This document shows positions 23,071 through 35,600 of a DNA stretch of 64,000 nt, in pieces; positions within the stretch are counted from its first letter, which is position 1; the number at the start of each line of letters is the position of its first letter. The position numbers were made by a program, and so were the translations under genes. Below the pieces are notes generated by a model. The model was not told where the DNA came from and did not search any database. It worked only from the letters and a program-made list of their open reading frames with translations. The DNA comes from Lingula anatina (Eukaryota; Animalia; Brachiopoda). The stretch is from the NCBI GenBank assembly GCA_051362555.1, contig CM120643.1, forward strand, positions 8,370,001 through 8,434,000, read 5' to 3'.

Positions 23071-26000
23071 GATTAGGAGAGGGAGAGAGGATTTCAGGTT
23101 TTAGTTAAATTTGAAAAATAATATTGCATTTTTAAATATTCTTCAAGTTGGAGTTTTTTTAAAGAAGTAATTACCACTTACTCTCTTAGAAACAAGTTCC
23201 TTCATGTAGCAGTGTAATAAAGTGGAGTTGAAGTCCTGTGAACTGTAACGAAAAAGTAAAAACAGTGTTGTCTGATATATTAATCACAAAAAGGTATGTT
23301 ATGTGATGTAATACTAACGTGATTTTTCAAATTATGATAAAGATAATGTTATCTATTTTGATTGTATTATTTTAACTTAATGTAATTTTTTCTTAGTTGA
23401 TAAACACAGCAGAACAGGTAGAAGAAGACGATAGTATTACTGAGCTATATGCTGGTCATCTCTTTGCTCCTGTGAGTACCGTGAAATCTGTGTAATGAAA
23501 CTTTTGAATTTCGGTTATATTATAGTTTCTAAAGCATGTCAAATAACATTATTTCAGTTTAAAACATGGATTATATTATGTAACTATCGATTTTACATTT
23601 GATGATATTGATTTTAAATGTGTTGGCCGAAGTCACAGTTATAACTAGAAGAAAATATTGTCATTTGTTTATCAAAAGGTTTCCACATCCCAGGCTTGCA
23701 GTGGTCAAAAATGAACCAGTGGCCAATTTTACTATTAATTTGAATTTGTTTGGCTTCAGGGTTTATCTTTACCATCTTTAGTTAGTGATATGTATACTTA
23801 TCTTCAGTGTCCTCATACACAAGTCTGCCCAAGAACTTTTCGAGAAACAACAAAGTGCGTTTTTGAGACACCTTTCAAGCCAATGATGTTGTATATGGTG
23901 GGTCAACATATGTCCTTTTAAAGTGTGCTGTTTTTCAGTTGTCATTAAAATTCATCTGCTGCTTCAAAGAAACTGTTGTTCTTTGTACACGCAAAAAAAA
24001 AAAAAAATTGTTCAAGGAGTCCTGTACTTTCTGCATTTATGATTTTCATTTCAAACTTCATCTAAAAAACAATTACATTTTACTTGGCATTTTCACATTT
24101 TAAATTCACTGCTGATATAACTTTCGCTATTGGCAATGTTACTAACACAGTCCATGTTTAAATACTGAAAACAGCTCATGCAATTTTTTTTTCCAAATTT
24201 TTCAGAAAAGCGAGGATGACATGCTGAGGGACAGATTCACTTACCTCATATTCAAGAAAGAAAAGAAACCTGAAGATGCCGCCCCATGGCCAAGGGTGGT
24301 TTACATCCCACAGATAGGCACGAAACACATCAAGTGTCACCTGTGCTGTGCTGATGGCAAGAGCAGAAATGTGGTTTTCACTGCAAGAACACATGGAAGG
24401 TAAGTGCCATTACCAATACTGCTTGATATATTATAAAAATAATATTGACCTTACGTATATCAATCAGTCATATCGTAAATACCAGGTTCTTCCTTCTCTG
24501 TAGAAGTTAACATTAACTGTCCGAAGGCTTTTTTTTTTTAAAATAACTGTTACTTCACAGCAATAAGTTAGTCAATATGTTATAAGTACTTTTTGAAAGC
24601 CAGCTTAGGAAAGGGAGAGCTGTTTAAAGACAACATTGGGTACATCCAGGGCCCGACATGCATTAGCGTAGATAATCCATCTTCATAATTGCAAATTACA
24701 AGTATGGGGAAAGCAAACAATGTCACGATAAGATTAGGTCATTATCATGTTGCTCATTTTCTGTTTCTTTGTGTACAAAGATCGGCAGTAAAATTAACTT
24801 CATATTTGACAAAGTATTTTGTATTCTTCTAAGTTAAATTTGGGTTTGGTGAGTGACAATGCATAGCCCTATCTTACATGTGCAGGTATAGCCTAATTGG
24901 AAGTTTCACAGACACATGGCATTTAATTTTTTTTTTTTCAGTAGCAAATAAATATACAATCTTACAGTTTTTGACTTATGAATCACACACACACACACAC
25001 ACACACATTTACATACTTGGACTCTCTTTTTCTCGGTAAAAAAAAGGTTGTACAGTTACAGTATTGCATAAACGGGTAGAAAGTAGAGATTGACAATTCA
25101 TGTTGTTAACCTTACAATTGAAATTCTAAGAGGTATATCATCAGCTTGTTGCTTGTCAATTAAGTTGTAATATGCGATCAATATTTTCCCATTTTCTTTG
25201 GCATTTAATACTTAAAGAGATAATAACTCTTCGTATGATATCTATATTTCACAATAAAAACATTGTGAATAACTCGTAGAAACATAATATATTCTGTTTT
25301 ACCACAAAAACGGCAGTTATAGCTATTATTCTGATATCTGAGCTTGTCTTCAGATCACGTGACCTCCATTGATGGCTGTACTCTGTTATAATCTCTTAAG
25401 AGATTTTAACAAAAAACCAAACTTTTTAGAAAAAAAACAGGGACTAAATTTGAATTTAAAAATGGATTCATAAACCATTGGTAAGTATGGGGAAAATTGT
25501 TGTTTACTCCAGGAAAATTAATTTTTTGGCCAAAACGAAGAGTTATTATCCCTTTAAATCAAATCACTCAGAGAGAGGACTACACTCCCCATTAATGTTA
25601 ACACACACATGCTATGTAATTAAATACAAAGCCCTTCCCCTACAAGTTGATAACTTTGTGTCCCCCACCCCCAGTTATAAAATATTTTGGAGTGGGGAAA
25701 GTAGATTTTCACACCTATTTACCAACCAGGGCAAATGCCTAAAAATGCACATATGTCAAACCCTGTTATATACAGGCTTATTTGTAATAAAAATTGGGCA
25801 ACTGAGTTAACAATACGGGCTGGTACACCTTGATAGCTGGAACCCCTACAGGACTACCAGGTTCTGATAGTTAACATGGGGCCCTGGGTTCATCATATAA
25901 CTTTAGGGTAATAATTTTAACATATCGTGTACACTGGAAACTTTTTGATAAGCTGACCTGATGTAAAAAAATTTAGAAGTGTGTAAGTTCAGGGGAAAAC

Positions 26001-26679
26001 TGACTTTGAACTTTTTTATTTTCAAAGGGAAGTCTACAAAACTGTAAAGAGAAGCAGGTGGGGCGACATGCTGCCCTTCCAGGGCCTGGAGGATGTGGAA
26101 AAGTCATTCACCAAGGCCGATGCCATCAAAGAGAAGATCAGGAAGAGGAAAGAAGCCAAACTTAAAGCAGACGCAGAGAAGTCTGAACAACAACCAAAAC
26201 TGGAGATGGCACTGCAATCAATGACAAGCTTGGGAAATGCAGATACCAACTTTGATGAGGAGGAAGAAGGCAGAGATGGTGATATGCATTACCAAGAGGA
26301 AGAGGAAGAACAGATGGGCGAGCTTGATGATCCCCGTTTTGACGTGGAACCCTCAAGTGAACTGTGGGAAGAAAGGAGCACGTATGAAGCCAGAGGAAAT
26401 GCTATAGATCAAAGCCATGAGGATCAGATGGAGATATTTGAACAATGGGAAGAATACGAAAATTACAGATCAGAAGAAGAGGAAGAAGGAATGCATGACA
26501 ACAATCAAGACGAACTTACTCAAAGAGATGATCTTGGTCAAGCAATTATATTACTTGACGTGGGAGATTTTACTGATGAGATGACAGAAACCAAAGAAAG
26601 CACTGATGCTGATTCTGAGGAAAATTTAAAACAAAAGAGAACCCTGTATGGCACAGTATTCTTTAACAAGGACAAATGA
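17049..26679 (+). CDS. METTL17: METTL17/RSM22 mitochondrial small-subunit assembly factor, 14 exons: 17049-17141, 17467-17785, 18407-18538, 19160-19274, 19776-19857, 20682-20755, 21677-21771, 22024-22094, 22549-22662, 22953-23021, 23397-23471, 23808-23897, 24206-24399, 26028-26679
   Basis: Arg-rich, acid-free N-terminus resembling a mitochondrial presequence. Motifs: [68 protein letters not shown]...[11 protein letters not shown]...HGREVYK...RWGDMLP. AATAAA at 26766. Confidence 0.93.
18591..18758. mobile_element. Short TIR element with 5-bp TSD (CTGTG)
   Basis: CTGTG|CAGGCCCGTAGCCAG ... CTGGCTACGGGCCTG|CTGTG. Confidence 0.85.
19919..20170 (-). mobile_element. 5'-truncated LINE (RTE-X/CR1/L2-like ORF2 C-terminus plus 3' tail)
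   Basis: Minus strand encodes HYIMDC...[38 protein letters not shown], a typical post-RT C-terminal segment, followed by AATAAA and a (TGAAA)n tail. Confidence 0.7.
20180..20335 (+). mobile_element. Family C short element (CAGGGGCGG terminus, 5-bp TSD TATAT)
   Basis: Highly similar to 29370-29535 and to the reverse complement of 37542-37710. Confidence 0.8.
21309..21587. repeat. TA-flanked foldback element containing nested perfect palindromes
   Basis: TACCCTCTACCAGGGC...GCCCTGGTAGAGGGTA long arms, a perfect 74-bp palindrome at 21360-21433 and a 40-bp palindrome at 21484-21523. Confidence 0.9.
23027..23060. repeat. (GA)n microsatellite followed by poly(G)
   Basis: Direct reading of the sequence. 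Confidence 0.9.
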
Positions 26680-26806
26680 TGGCAGACAGCAATTGTGAAA
26701 AAAAGTTTGGCCAATGGGAAAGTTTTATTGTTCTGACATTCTTATAAAGTTCACAGGAAATGTTCAATAAAGTGGACACCTGGAAGAAAACTGGTTTTAA
26801 AACCTG

Positions 26807-27538
26807 GCCCCCGTTTCACAAAGAATCTTAAATCCGTAGACGTCTTACTCGAGCTGGGTGGCCTAGCTAGGTCGACTTAGCTGAAGTCGACTTGGAGTGT
26901 TTCACAAAGAATCTAACGTCTTAGCTTGGCGTGCTTACCGTAGTCGACGCGCACGAGAAACTCTTCAAGAAAAGGAGGTGTAAAATTGCAAAAGTTTCAC
27001 AAGACATGACGTTTCATTTCCTCTTTCGGCCGAGAACGATCGTTTATCAACAATAAAAGTCAGCCAAAACACAAACAAAGTTTGTTTTTGAACTTTATTG
27101 ATAAGTTTAACTTCAATACAACTTCAAAGTAACAGTTAAACATTAGCTTGTCGTGGAACACTACTGAGGGACGTCTAGCGGTCAAAAACATAAACAAACG
27201 CGATCGGCTGGGTAAAGTGGAATTTTATTTTTTATTTTAATATTCCATAAATGTCAGTGCTGTTCAAGGATATTATAAATAAATATCTTGAAGGAGGTAT
27301 GTTCTTTCCAAATTTTTGTTGTTTATGCTCTCATTTACCGAGTTTTAGTTGAGCTTGCCGACTTAAGTCTCCTCCCGAGGAGGCTTGACATCGTCGACTT
27401 ACAGCTAAGAAAAAAACGACGTAAGCGACCTTTTAGATTCTTTGTGAAACGGGACTTAGTGACGTAACGACTTAATTACGTTGGTAACCAAGCCCTAAGT
27501 CAGGGAAACCGACTTAAGTTTTTTTGTGAAACGGGGGC
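26807..27538. mobile_element. Non-autonomous Harbinger-like element of about 730 bp with CTG TSD
   Basis: CTG|GCCCCCGTTTCACAAA ... TTTGTGAAACGGGGGC|CTG, with internal repeats of TTTCACAAAGAATCT and GTCGACTT. Confidence 0.8.
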
Positions 27539-29369
27539 CTGGTCCACTTCTTGGTTTTTAAAACTTGGTTTCATTTGGTGTGAGGCATTTGTTCTCTTGT
27601 TGGATCAATCTTAATATCATTTGAAACATTTACTGACAAAAGACGGGTATTTAAAAGCTTCAATTGTTAAGCTTTAAATAAGGTATTTAAACAAGGTTTA
27701 ATTTTTTTCTCAGATACAGCAAATTTCATTTATCGATTTTTGATTTTTTTTTCATTTATTAAAAACCTTGTAGAAACATTGAAATTAGGCATAAATCATG
27801 TATACACAAAAAGACAAATATTAGAATAAAATGAATAAAAGGATAGAAAAGAGAGGGGAACAACTACATTTCTGCAAATTTTTGTATGATATTAGCTGTA
27901 AGAAACTTGTAAATAAAATATTCATCATCATTTCTTTGCCTATGTGGTTTGGGTTAATGTCCAATTAGCCAATCACCGTATAACAACTTCACCATTTATA
28001 CAGTCACATATTTGTGCAAATGAAGTTATGAAGATTTAGAAAGTTTATTTTCTTTGGCACTTTTTATGTTCTCACATTTGAACAGAGAGGCTGGATTAAT
28101 TGTTGAATTAACAAAAGATTGTTGTCCGGCACAGAAAACTTACGGTAATGACTCGATCATTTCGACCAGGAAAAAATTATCAATTTTTCAGTTACATAAT
28201 TTTGGAATCATTAAAATCCATTTCTGTGTAGCATTTTACTTTTTAGTGCTTTCACTGTATAGAAAGGAACTATTAGCTTTGGGTAGTTTACTTTTCATTT
28301 GCATTGCTACCACCCAATAGGAATGTTCAAATTTTAAGAATTTATTAAGCTGATTACTAGATGTCTACTTAAAAAAGTATTTGCAACAGTTGTATTGTTT
28401 TAGTGCACAACAAAAGAATTTTTCCAATTTTAAATTTGAGACCAACTCTGTTAAACAAACGATTGGGTAAACATCAAACCAGAAAGTGTAACCCTCCTTA
28501 CAAAAAAAGCATTATTTTTAAAAAGTTGATCTTTCCCAACAGTAAGCATCATATGATACCACACAGAAATAATAACAATACCTACGACAAAAATTTCCTT
28601 TTAAATATTAGACTTAATGTGGTTTGTATAAATAAAACGACCTGTCTGCCTGTGACAATCTTATGCTTATTACAGTCTTAATAAAGTCACTTTTTACATA
28701 AAATATAAACCAAGATAGATACCTTTGTTTGTTGTAAAGATTCTAAAAATAAAAATTGTAGGAGATATCTACATGCTGTTAAGACATTCGAGGAGAAAAT
28801 ATGGACTGAAATAAACCATTAAATTTAACTGCATTTGCCACACTATTCCCCTCACTAATTTTAATTGTCATCTTCATTTACTGATTCAAAATGCATTTGA
28901 AAGCATTTTCTTATCCAACAGTGTATTCTTGAATGTCAATTTAGTTACACTTACATAAACAACAGAAAATAATATTAAGAAATAGAAAACATCTACACTG
29001 AATAAAATGGGGGGGGGGGGAATATTAAATTTTCATATACACATCTACACTGAATAAAATGGGGGGAAAATACCCATTAAATTTTCATATAACATAAGAA
29101 GTATGAAAAAGAGAACATCTATTCAAATGCACTGAATCAATAACCAATCCTACAGATATATTGATACAGATATCAATAAGATGAAAAACAACAGAAAAGC
29201 AAAATCAACATCCCTATCATGAAATGTTAACCACCAAGGACTTGGCCTCTTTTTCACTGAATGTCTGTGATTCTTTTCTTCTATTCTTTATAATTCTGAA
29301 CTGTTGGACAGTGAAGGTTAAGTTTTAACAGTTTTACCTAGACTTTGTAAACCCAATGCTTAAAACCTT

Positions 29370-29535
29370 CAGGGGCAGATTGAGGCTGTCTTCTGGGTCT
29401 TCGGGAAGACGGTCAGATTTTCAAGTTTACATCGACAGGTATATAATTTTTTTGTCAGAAGATGGTCAAAACTGAAGATGGATCAACAAAGATAATTTGA
29501 AAGACTGTCAGAAAATATCTCTGGATCTGCCCCTG
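29370..29535 (+). mobile_element. Family C short element, TSD ACCTT, downstream of the zinc-finger gene stop (probable 3' UTR)
   Basis: ACCTT|CAGGGGCAGAT...ATCTGCCCCTG|ACCTT. Confidence 0.85.
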
Positions 29536-29660
29536 ACCTTACACATATTTGAGTATTTTTCACACTACCTGTACTGCCTCAAGTATTTACCAAATCTATA
29601 TTGATACAGTGAAAAAGTGTGAGGGTGGGAGTGTGTATGACTAGAGTGACCATAGTATTT

Positions 29661-32600
29661 CTATTTTTGTCTCCCATTTTTGTTGTTCGTGTTACCAGCT
29701 GGAGTAAATACAGAAGATCCTATTGTTCTATGATCATTGCTATTTGTAAAATTGATAACAACAGTGACTTCATCACCTATGCTATCAGTTATTATGTGTG
29801 CACCGTCAGCATTTATTGCCGATTCAGAAGTGGATACAGCTGTTGGAATGTCAGCGCTCTCATTTCCTCTCGTTTTCTTGCTGAGCGCATCATAGCTGTG
29901 ATCATTTTCACATTTTCTTTTTAATTTACTCCTCTGCTTTTCACCTCCCGCACCCTTCTTCTTGCCTGTGTTATAGCTTGACCCAGTATGTTCTTTCACC
30001 TGAAATATTTTCATTCCCTCAGCAGGGGCTTTTAGATCTTCTATTTTCACGTACAATCCTGAGTACACTGATACGACGTCTATAGTGCCAGAGTCACTGA
30101 TCTGGTCTTTGTGTTCGCTGAGAATGTGTGACTTGAATTCCTTGCTGCTATTGCTACCATAGGAGCAAAATCTGCATGGGTACACAAAACAATCTTTGTG
30201 TTTTTTAGACTTGAGAATGTGTTTCCTCACGTTCTCCAAAGTGTTGCAGGAATATTCACAGTAGGGGCACTTGAAGGGCTTGGAGCCAATATGAATGCGC
30301 ATGTGTCTCTTCATCTTGGTACAGTCTGTGCTCTTGTAAGGGCAGTAATCACAGCTGTAATTTCGCTCACCTGTGTGAGTCCTGCGATGGCGGGTTAGTG
30401 CTTGTTGACCCTTGCCTGCGTAGCCGCACAGATCGCACAAATATGGCCGCTCATTTGAGTGCACGCGCATGTGAAGCTTCAGGTCATTTTTGTATGCTAC
30501 CTTTACTCTGCAATTTTCGTACGGACACTGAAAATTTTTCTGATGATTTTTCTGATGGAGGTTCAAAGATGACTGTGTCCAAAATTCAGCACCACACACA
30601 TCGCAAACAAACTGTTTGACAGCGTTTTTGTCGTGAGACAGCATGTGGACTTTGTAGCCATGACTGGTGAAAAAGGATTTCTTACACAGGTTGCACGTTC
30701 CTCGTGGTTCTTTGAGATGGACATGGTAGACATGGCGGCGAAGAGTGTCCACGTGAGAGAAGCAGGTGGAGCATTGTGTACACTTGAACGGAAGTTCGCC
30801 TAAAATCAAAAATACAGAATAACTTCAATTTTTATTCCGAAAAAAACTCCAAGCCAATGGCTATTTTAGATTTAACTTTGCTTTTTTAATTTTTAAAGGT
30901 AATTGTATATTATGCACCTGATAAAAAATATAACAGATGACATTCATGATAGGAAGCATTCCACTATTAAATGCGTAAAGATAAAATGGTGTACAAATTT
31001 TCCAAACGCCTTAAAACAGAGTTCTGTGATTACCTGCCTAAAGATGGTTGAAAAGGTGAAAACGACCTCAACTGGTCGAAATAGCTCCCCCCCCCCCTTT
31101 TCTTTAATAGACAATCAGATATTGGTGCAATAAAATTTAGCACTTTATGTGCAAAAAGGTGAAGAAGACAGAAGAAATGTCTCAGCTGCATTTATAAAAC
31201 TAGGAAGGGGAAGTGTGTGTGTGCGTGCATGTGCGTGCGTGTGTGTGTGTGCTTGTATGTAAGTGTGTGTAGAGGACAGGGGAAGGTGAAGGGGTCCTGA
31301 ACCGCAGAAAATTCTAGTACCTGTGTGTACTCTCAAATGAGACTCCATATATCTGGGTGCAACATGTTTCCCACAGTCTGGGCAAGGGACTTTGCTACGG
31401 GACTGCTGGATGCTACTCAGGAAATCTTTGTATTTCTCCTGAGTTTCATGTGCGCTGCCCATAAGGTCCATCCCACATGACTCTGCGTGGGCTGACACCA
31501 AGTGCTTCTGAAATGGAAAAAAATACAGGGGTAAGCAGAAGGGTATTTACACAGACTTATAACACTTACAATGTATACTAATATTGAAAGTCTATGAAGA
31601 AATGAAGGACAATGAAAGAAAGGAAATGTTTTATATTTTCCATTTTCTTAGCCCAAATAAAGCATTTAGCTTTTGTTACACTTCTATAAACTTCAGTTAC
31701 ACCATAAGAAAAATTTTATAATTTTTTTCAGCTCAAATTAAAAGCGCTTTCATTTAAGTTACCAGTTTCCATCATCATTACTGACTGGTCTCAATCATTG
31801 TTTTACAAAATGTGCTGCCCTCTTTTGGTATGAAAGAAAATTAAATTTACTGTGACCAAGACAAGCCTAAAATTGCCTGGCACTAGGTTTCAATTGAATT
31901 TAATTGAATTTAAATTCAATTCATAAATTATCATGACCGTGTACAATATAATATAATATAATATAATAACAGCAATACAACTGGTGCATTACCATTCTCT
32001 AACTGGTGATTGCATTGCCAGTTTGTGACTGAAAAAATATATATCTTCATATAATGAACAGATGTACTAGTTAGATTACTAATAAAATATTCAAGCTCAG
32101 CAGTGAGATACAACTTCTTGGTGTGGTTATAAATTTACCATAAACACAAATCATGATTGAATTGAATTGAACTGTACACATAATGCTCTTGGGCAATGAC
32201 CTAGGCAGGTACCTTATACGTCTTAGAGCTGTAGAATTTCCTCTTGCAAATGTCACAGGAAAAGACGTGTACATCAGCCTGCTCTGCTAGCTGCTCCTTC
32301 CTCCGATGCCCTGAAGTTTTGCAGTGGGATTTCAACTTGTATTTATCGCAGAATGTGATCCCACACACTTTGCATTCTTGTACGGCATCAGCATGCGCTT
32401 GAATGAAGTGCTGTCGTAATTGAGCATGCACTGTCACAGTGTAGTCACATTGTCTACATTTATACAAACTCTTTTTTCCATTCTTTTTGGCCTTATCTCT
32501 GGACTCTGAAATACACACATGTATATTATATATAGATGAAAAAATATATTTGATTATTAATCAAATTCATAACAGATGGGAATGCCTTTATTAATTATTC

Positions 32601-35600
32601 TCTGAAAGAGAAAGAAGGCCAAACCAATCCTAAATATGTATAAAGCATAACTGTTGTTTAAAACATGTTGACCACTTTGGTTAAGAATATTCTTATACTG
32701 TATACTGAAACATTAAGTACTAATAATTTAATTCAATACAATAAATTATAAAAAATTCATTCAGTTATTTATTTATTTTTTTTTAAGATTTAACCATGCT
32801 CTCCTTGGTCTTACTTTGAATTCTGAGTTTTCATACAATTCAGAAAACTCTTAAAAAGCAACCTTTCACAAAACTTGCCACCCACCTAACTTTTTCTTTG
32901 GCTTGTTATTTTCTCCATTCTTTTGGTTACACATCTTTTGATGCTTGATGCTCATTTCATGAAGAAACAAGGTGTAGTGATCAAAGAAGGAAACCTGACA
33001 AATGTTACAATGGAACGGCCTTTCCTTTGTGTGAATGCGCCGCACATGTATGTTCAGTGCGTAATTGGAGATGCACGTTATCCCGCACTGTGCACACACT
33101 GGGGTATGCCTTTCCTTAGGAGGATTAGTGTGCTTCGTATTCAAGTGTTTCTCCAGCTGGCTGGCCGAATGGACCTTCTTGCCACATATTTTACAGTTTA
33201 TCAGAAATCTGGACTCTTTAATGACACATACACGGTCAGTGCTCTTCAGTGCTTTCAGATGCTCCGCCAGCTCCATGTGCTTCAACATAGTCTCATTGGT
33301 TTCACACGTGAACTTACAAATACCACACATCATTGGACCAATCAAATCCCAGGTTTTTGTCACATGATCAGCCGTGGCCATGTGGATCTTGAGATCACTG
33401 TGAGAGTTGCAGAAAAATGAGCATATCTGGCACTGGTATGGACTGAGGCGCAGCATGAGCGCCTGGTAGCGCACGATCAAGTTCAACTCCTCGGGATGAC
33501 CTTTGGCCTTCTTACAGTGCAGACCCGTCAGCAGGTGCCTGGCCATGTTGTACTTATTGTGAAACACTCGGTCACAGGGCCTACAGATGATCTTCACATC
33601 TTCCTTTTCCTCGGTTTCTTTTGGGCCACTTCTTCTCTTGTGTAAGCCAGATTCCAAATGGTAAGCATAGGTGTATTTAGAATTAAATGTTCTACCACAG
33701 GGGACGCAGGAATACACAAAATCAGGACCACACTTGGTATCATGATCGTTATCTTCACCTTCATTAGCATCGCCCTGCCCAATCGCATTCTCCCATTCAT
33801 GACTTTCATTCACCTTGTCGTTCACATCTGGGTCACATGTTCCGCTATAATAATCCTCGGTGTCTGTCTCCGAGGGTTCTCTTCCACCCTCAACACTACC
33901 TTCTTCCTCCTCACAGGAACAAGTTTCCTCGCGGTTTTTCCTCCTGTTGTGTTTGTCCGATGGTCCCCGAGTGGTGTCTCCTAGTTCATTTGCCTTGTTG
34001 TTGGTTCCACCTTCATTTGCACTTGTTTTGTGGCTGTGGGGTTCAGTGGAGTCCTTAGAGACGGAGGCAACTTTAACACACAACTTATGGCTGTTGCTTT
34101 CACAGTGGTAAGCATAGGTATACTTATTGATGAATGATTTCTGACATGGCTGGCAATAATATCTTCCATCCACACTATCTTGTATCTCATTTCCACTCCC
34201 ATGTTTTATTCCTGCAGTTCCTGTGCCACTTCTGTCACTTTCAACTACCCTATCACTGCTATCTTCAACGTTTTTTCTAAAAGAGTAGTCAGAAAATGTT
34301 TTCTCATTGGTGTCACCATGCTGTGAAGCAATCTTAACATTCAGCTTATGGTTCTTGCTATCAAAATGGTAAGCATAAGTATACTTAGTCCTGAATGATT
34401 TTTGACATGGCTGGCAATAATATTTCCCGTCCAAACTATCTGGTATTTTGACTTTCTTCTTATGTTTTTTCCCTTCAGTTTCCAGTCGAACAGAGTTAAT
34501 ACTCTTCTCTCTATCATCTTCCCCAAAGTCAGAAAAAGAATTATCCCCATCCACCCACTCATCCAAGCTGCATGGCTCCTCTCGTTGACTAGAGTTAACA
34601 GCGCCATCTTCTGGCTGCTGGTCGAGATTCGTATTGCCATCATGGATACCCAGTGGAGCACCAGGTTGTGCTGTATTGGTGGACTTCTCGCCCCCTGTTC
34701 CTACTGGCATCCATTTCCCTCCAGTGTGGCTAGGTGGAGGGGCTGAAGAGTCTAAAAAATAATTTAAAAAATAAAAAGACAAATATATAAATTACAATGA
34801 TGAAATAACATAAAACAGATATCGGTTTATCTCTAATCATCAAAAGGTTGAAGGTGATTTTCTTTGTTATCATTCAAGTTTTGTCACATAACCCATGATT
34901 GATTTTCACACTTTGCAAGATTTATTGCATGCCTTTCTATTGTTTAAGGCTCTATTCCCATAGATTTTAGATCGATCTATCCCTGCGGGGAGTCTCACCA
35001 GATTACTTTCAGATAATCCGACTTAAATGTCCGTCCCGCCTACTACAAGCTGTAAGGGGGTAATTTACTTTCGTGTCCGCCTGGCTGACAGCTATTTAGC
35101 GTGAACCCCCAGGGAGTTAGGTCGATCTAAAGTAGGTCGATCTAATCTATGGAAATGGGGTGTTAGAGTGCATTCAGAACAGCAGACTAACAGATCTGTG
35201 GATCAAACATGGCCCACCCACTTGAATGCTTGTTGCTTAATCCCTGCAGGGAATCTATTCAGTGTCTAATTGGGAATTAAATGGCAAGCTTTTTTAGTGG
35301 GTCACCATATTTCATCCACAGATTTGTTAGTCCAGTGTTCTAAATGCTTTTCACATGGAGTGGCATACTAAGCAATACAGGCCAGTCTGTACCAGTATGC
35401 TTTGCAAATTTATACGATAATTTAATATCCTGGTTCTTACATAAGAGAGTCCTCTTAACATAGCTGACATGGTCAATTAATTAACTTAAGTGAATGACCA
35501 GAAGTGAACTTTTAGAGAACTTGTAAAAAGGAGTAAAAACTCTTGACACTTCTTTACGTGTTAAGACCTCTCTAAGCACTACTAGACTGTTTTACTAAAT

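Noticed and set aside
24647-25886. Possible 1.2-kb element with GGCCC...GGGCC ends
   Set aside because: The inverted match is short and imperfect and the flanks differ (CAG vs CTG), so it is not supportable.
28989-29090. Two-copy local duplication of about 52 bp
   Set aside because: An ordinary slippage duplication in intergenic/UTR DNA.
32923-34746. Several plus-strand ORFs overlapping the zinc-finger exon
   Set aside because: Antisense shadows of a long coding exon, with no recognisable motifs.
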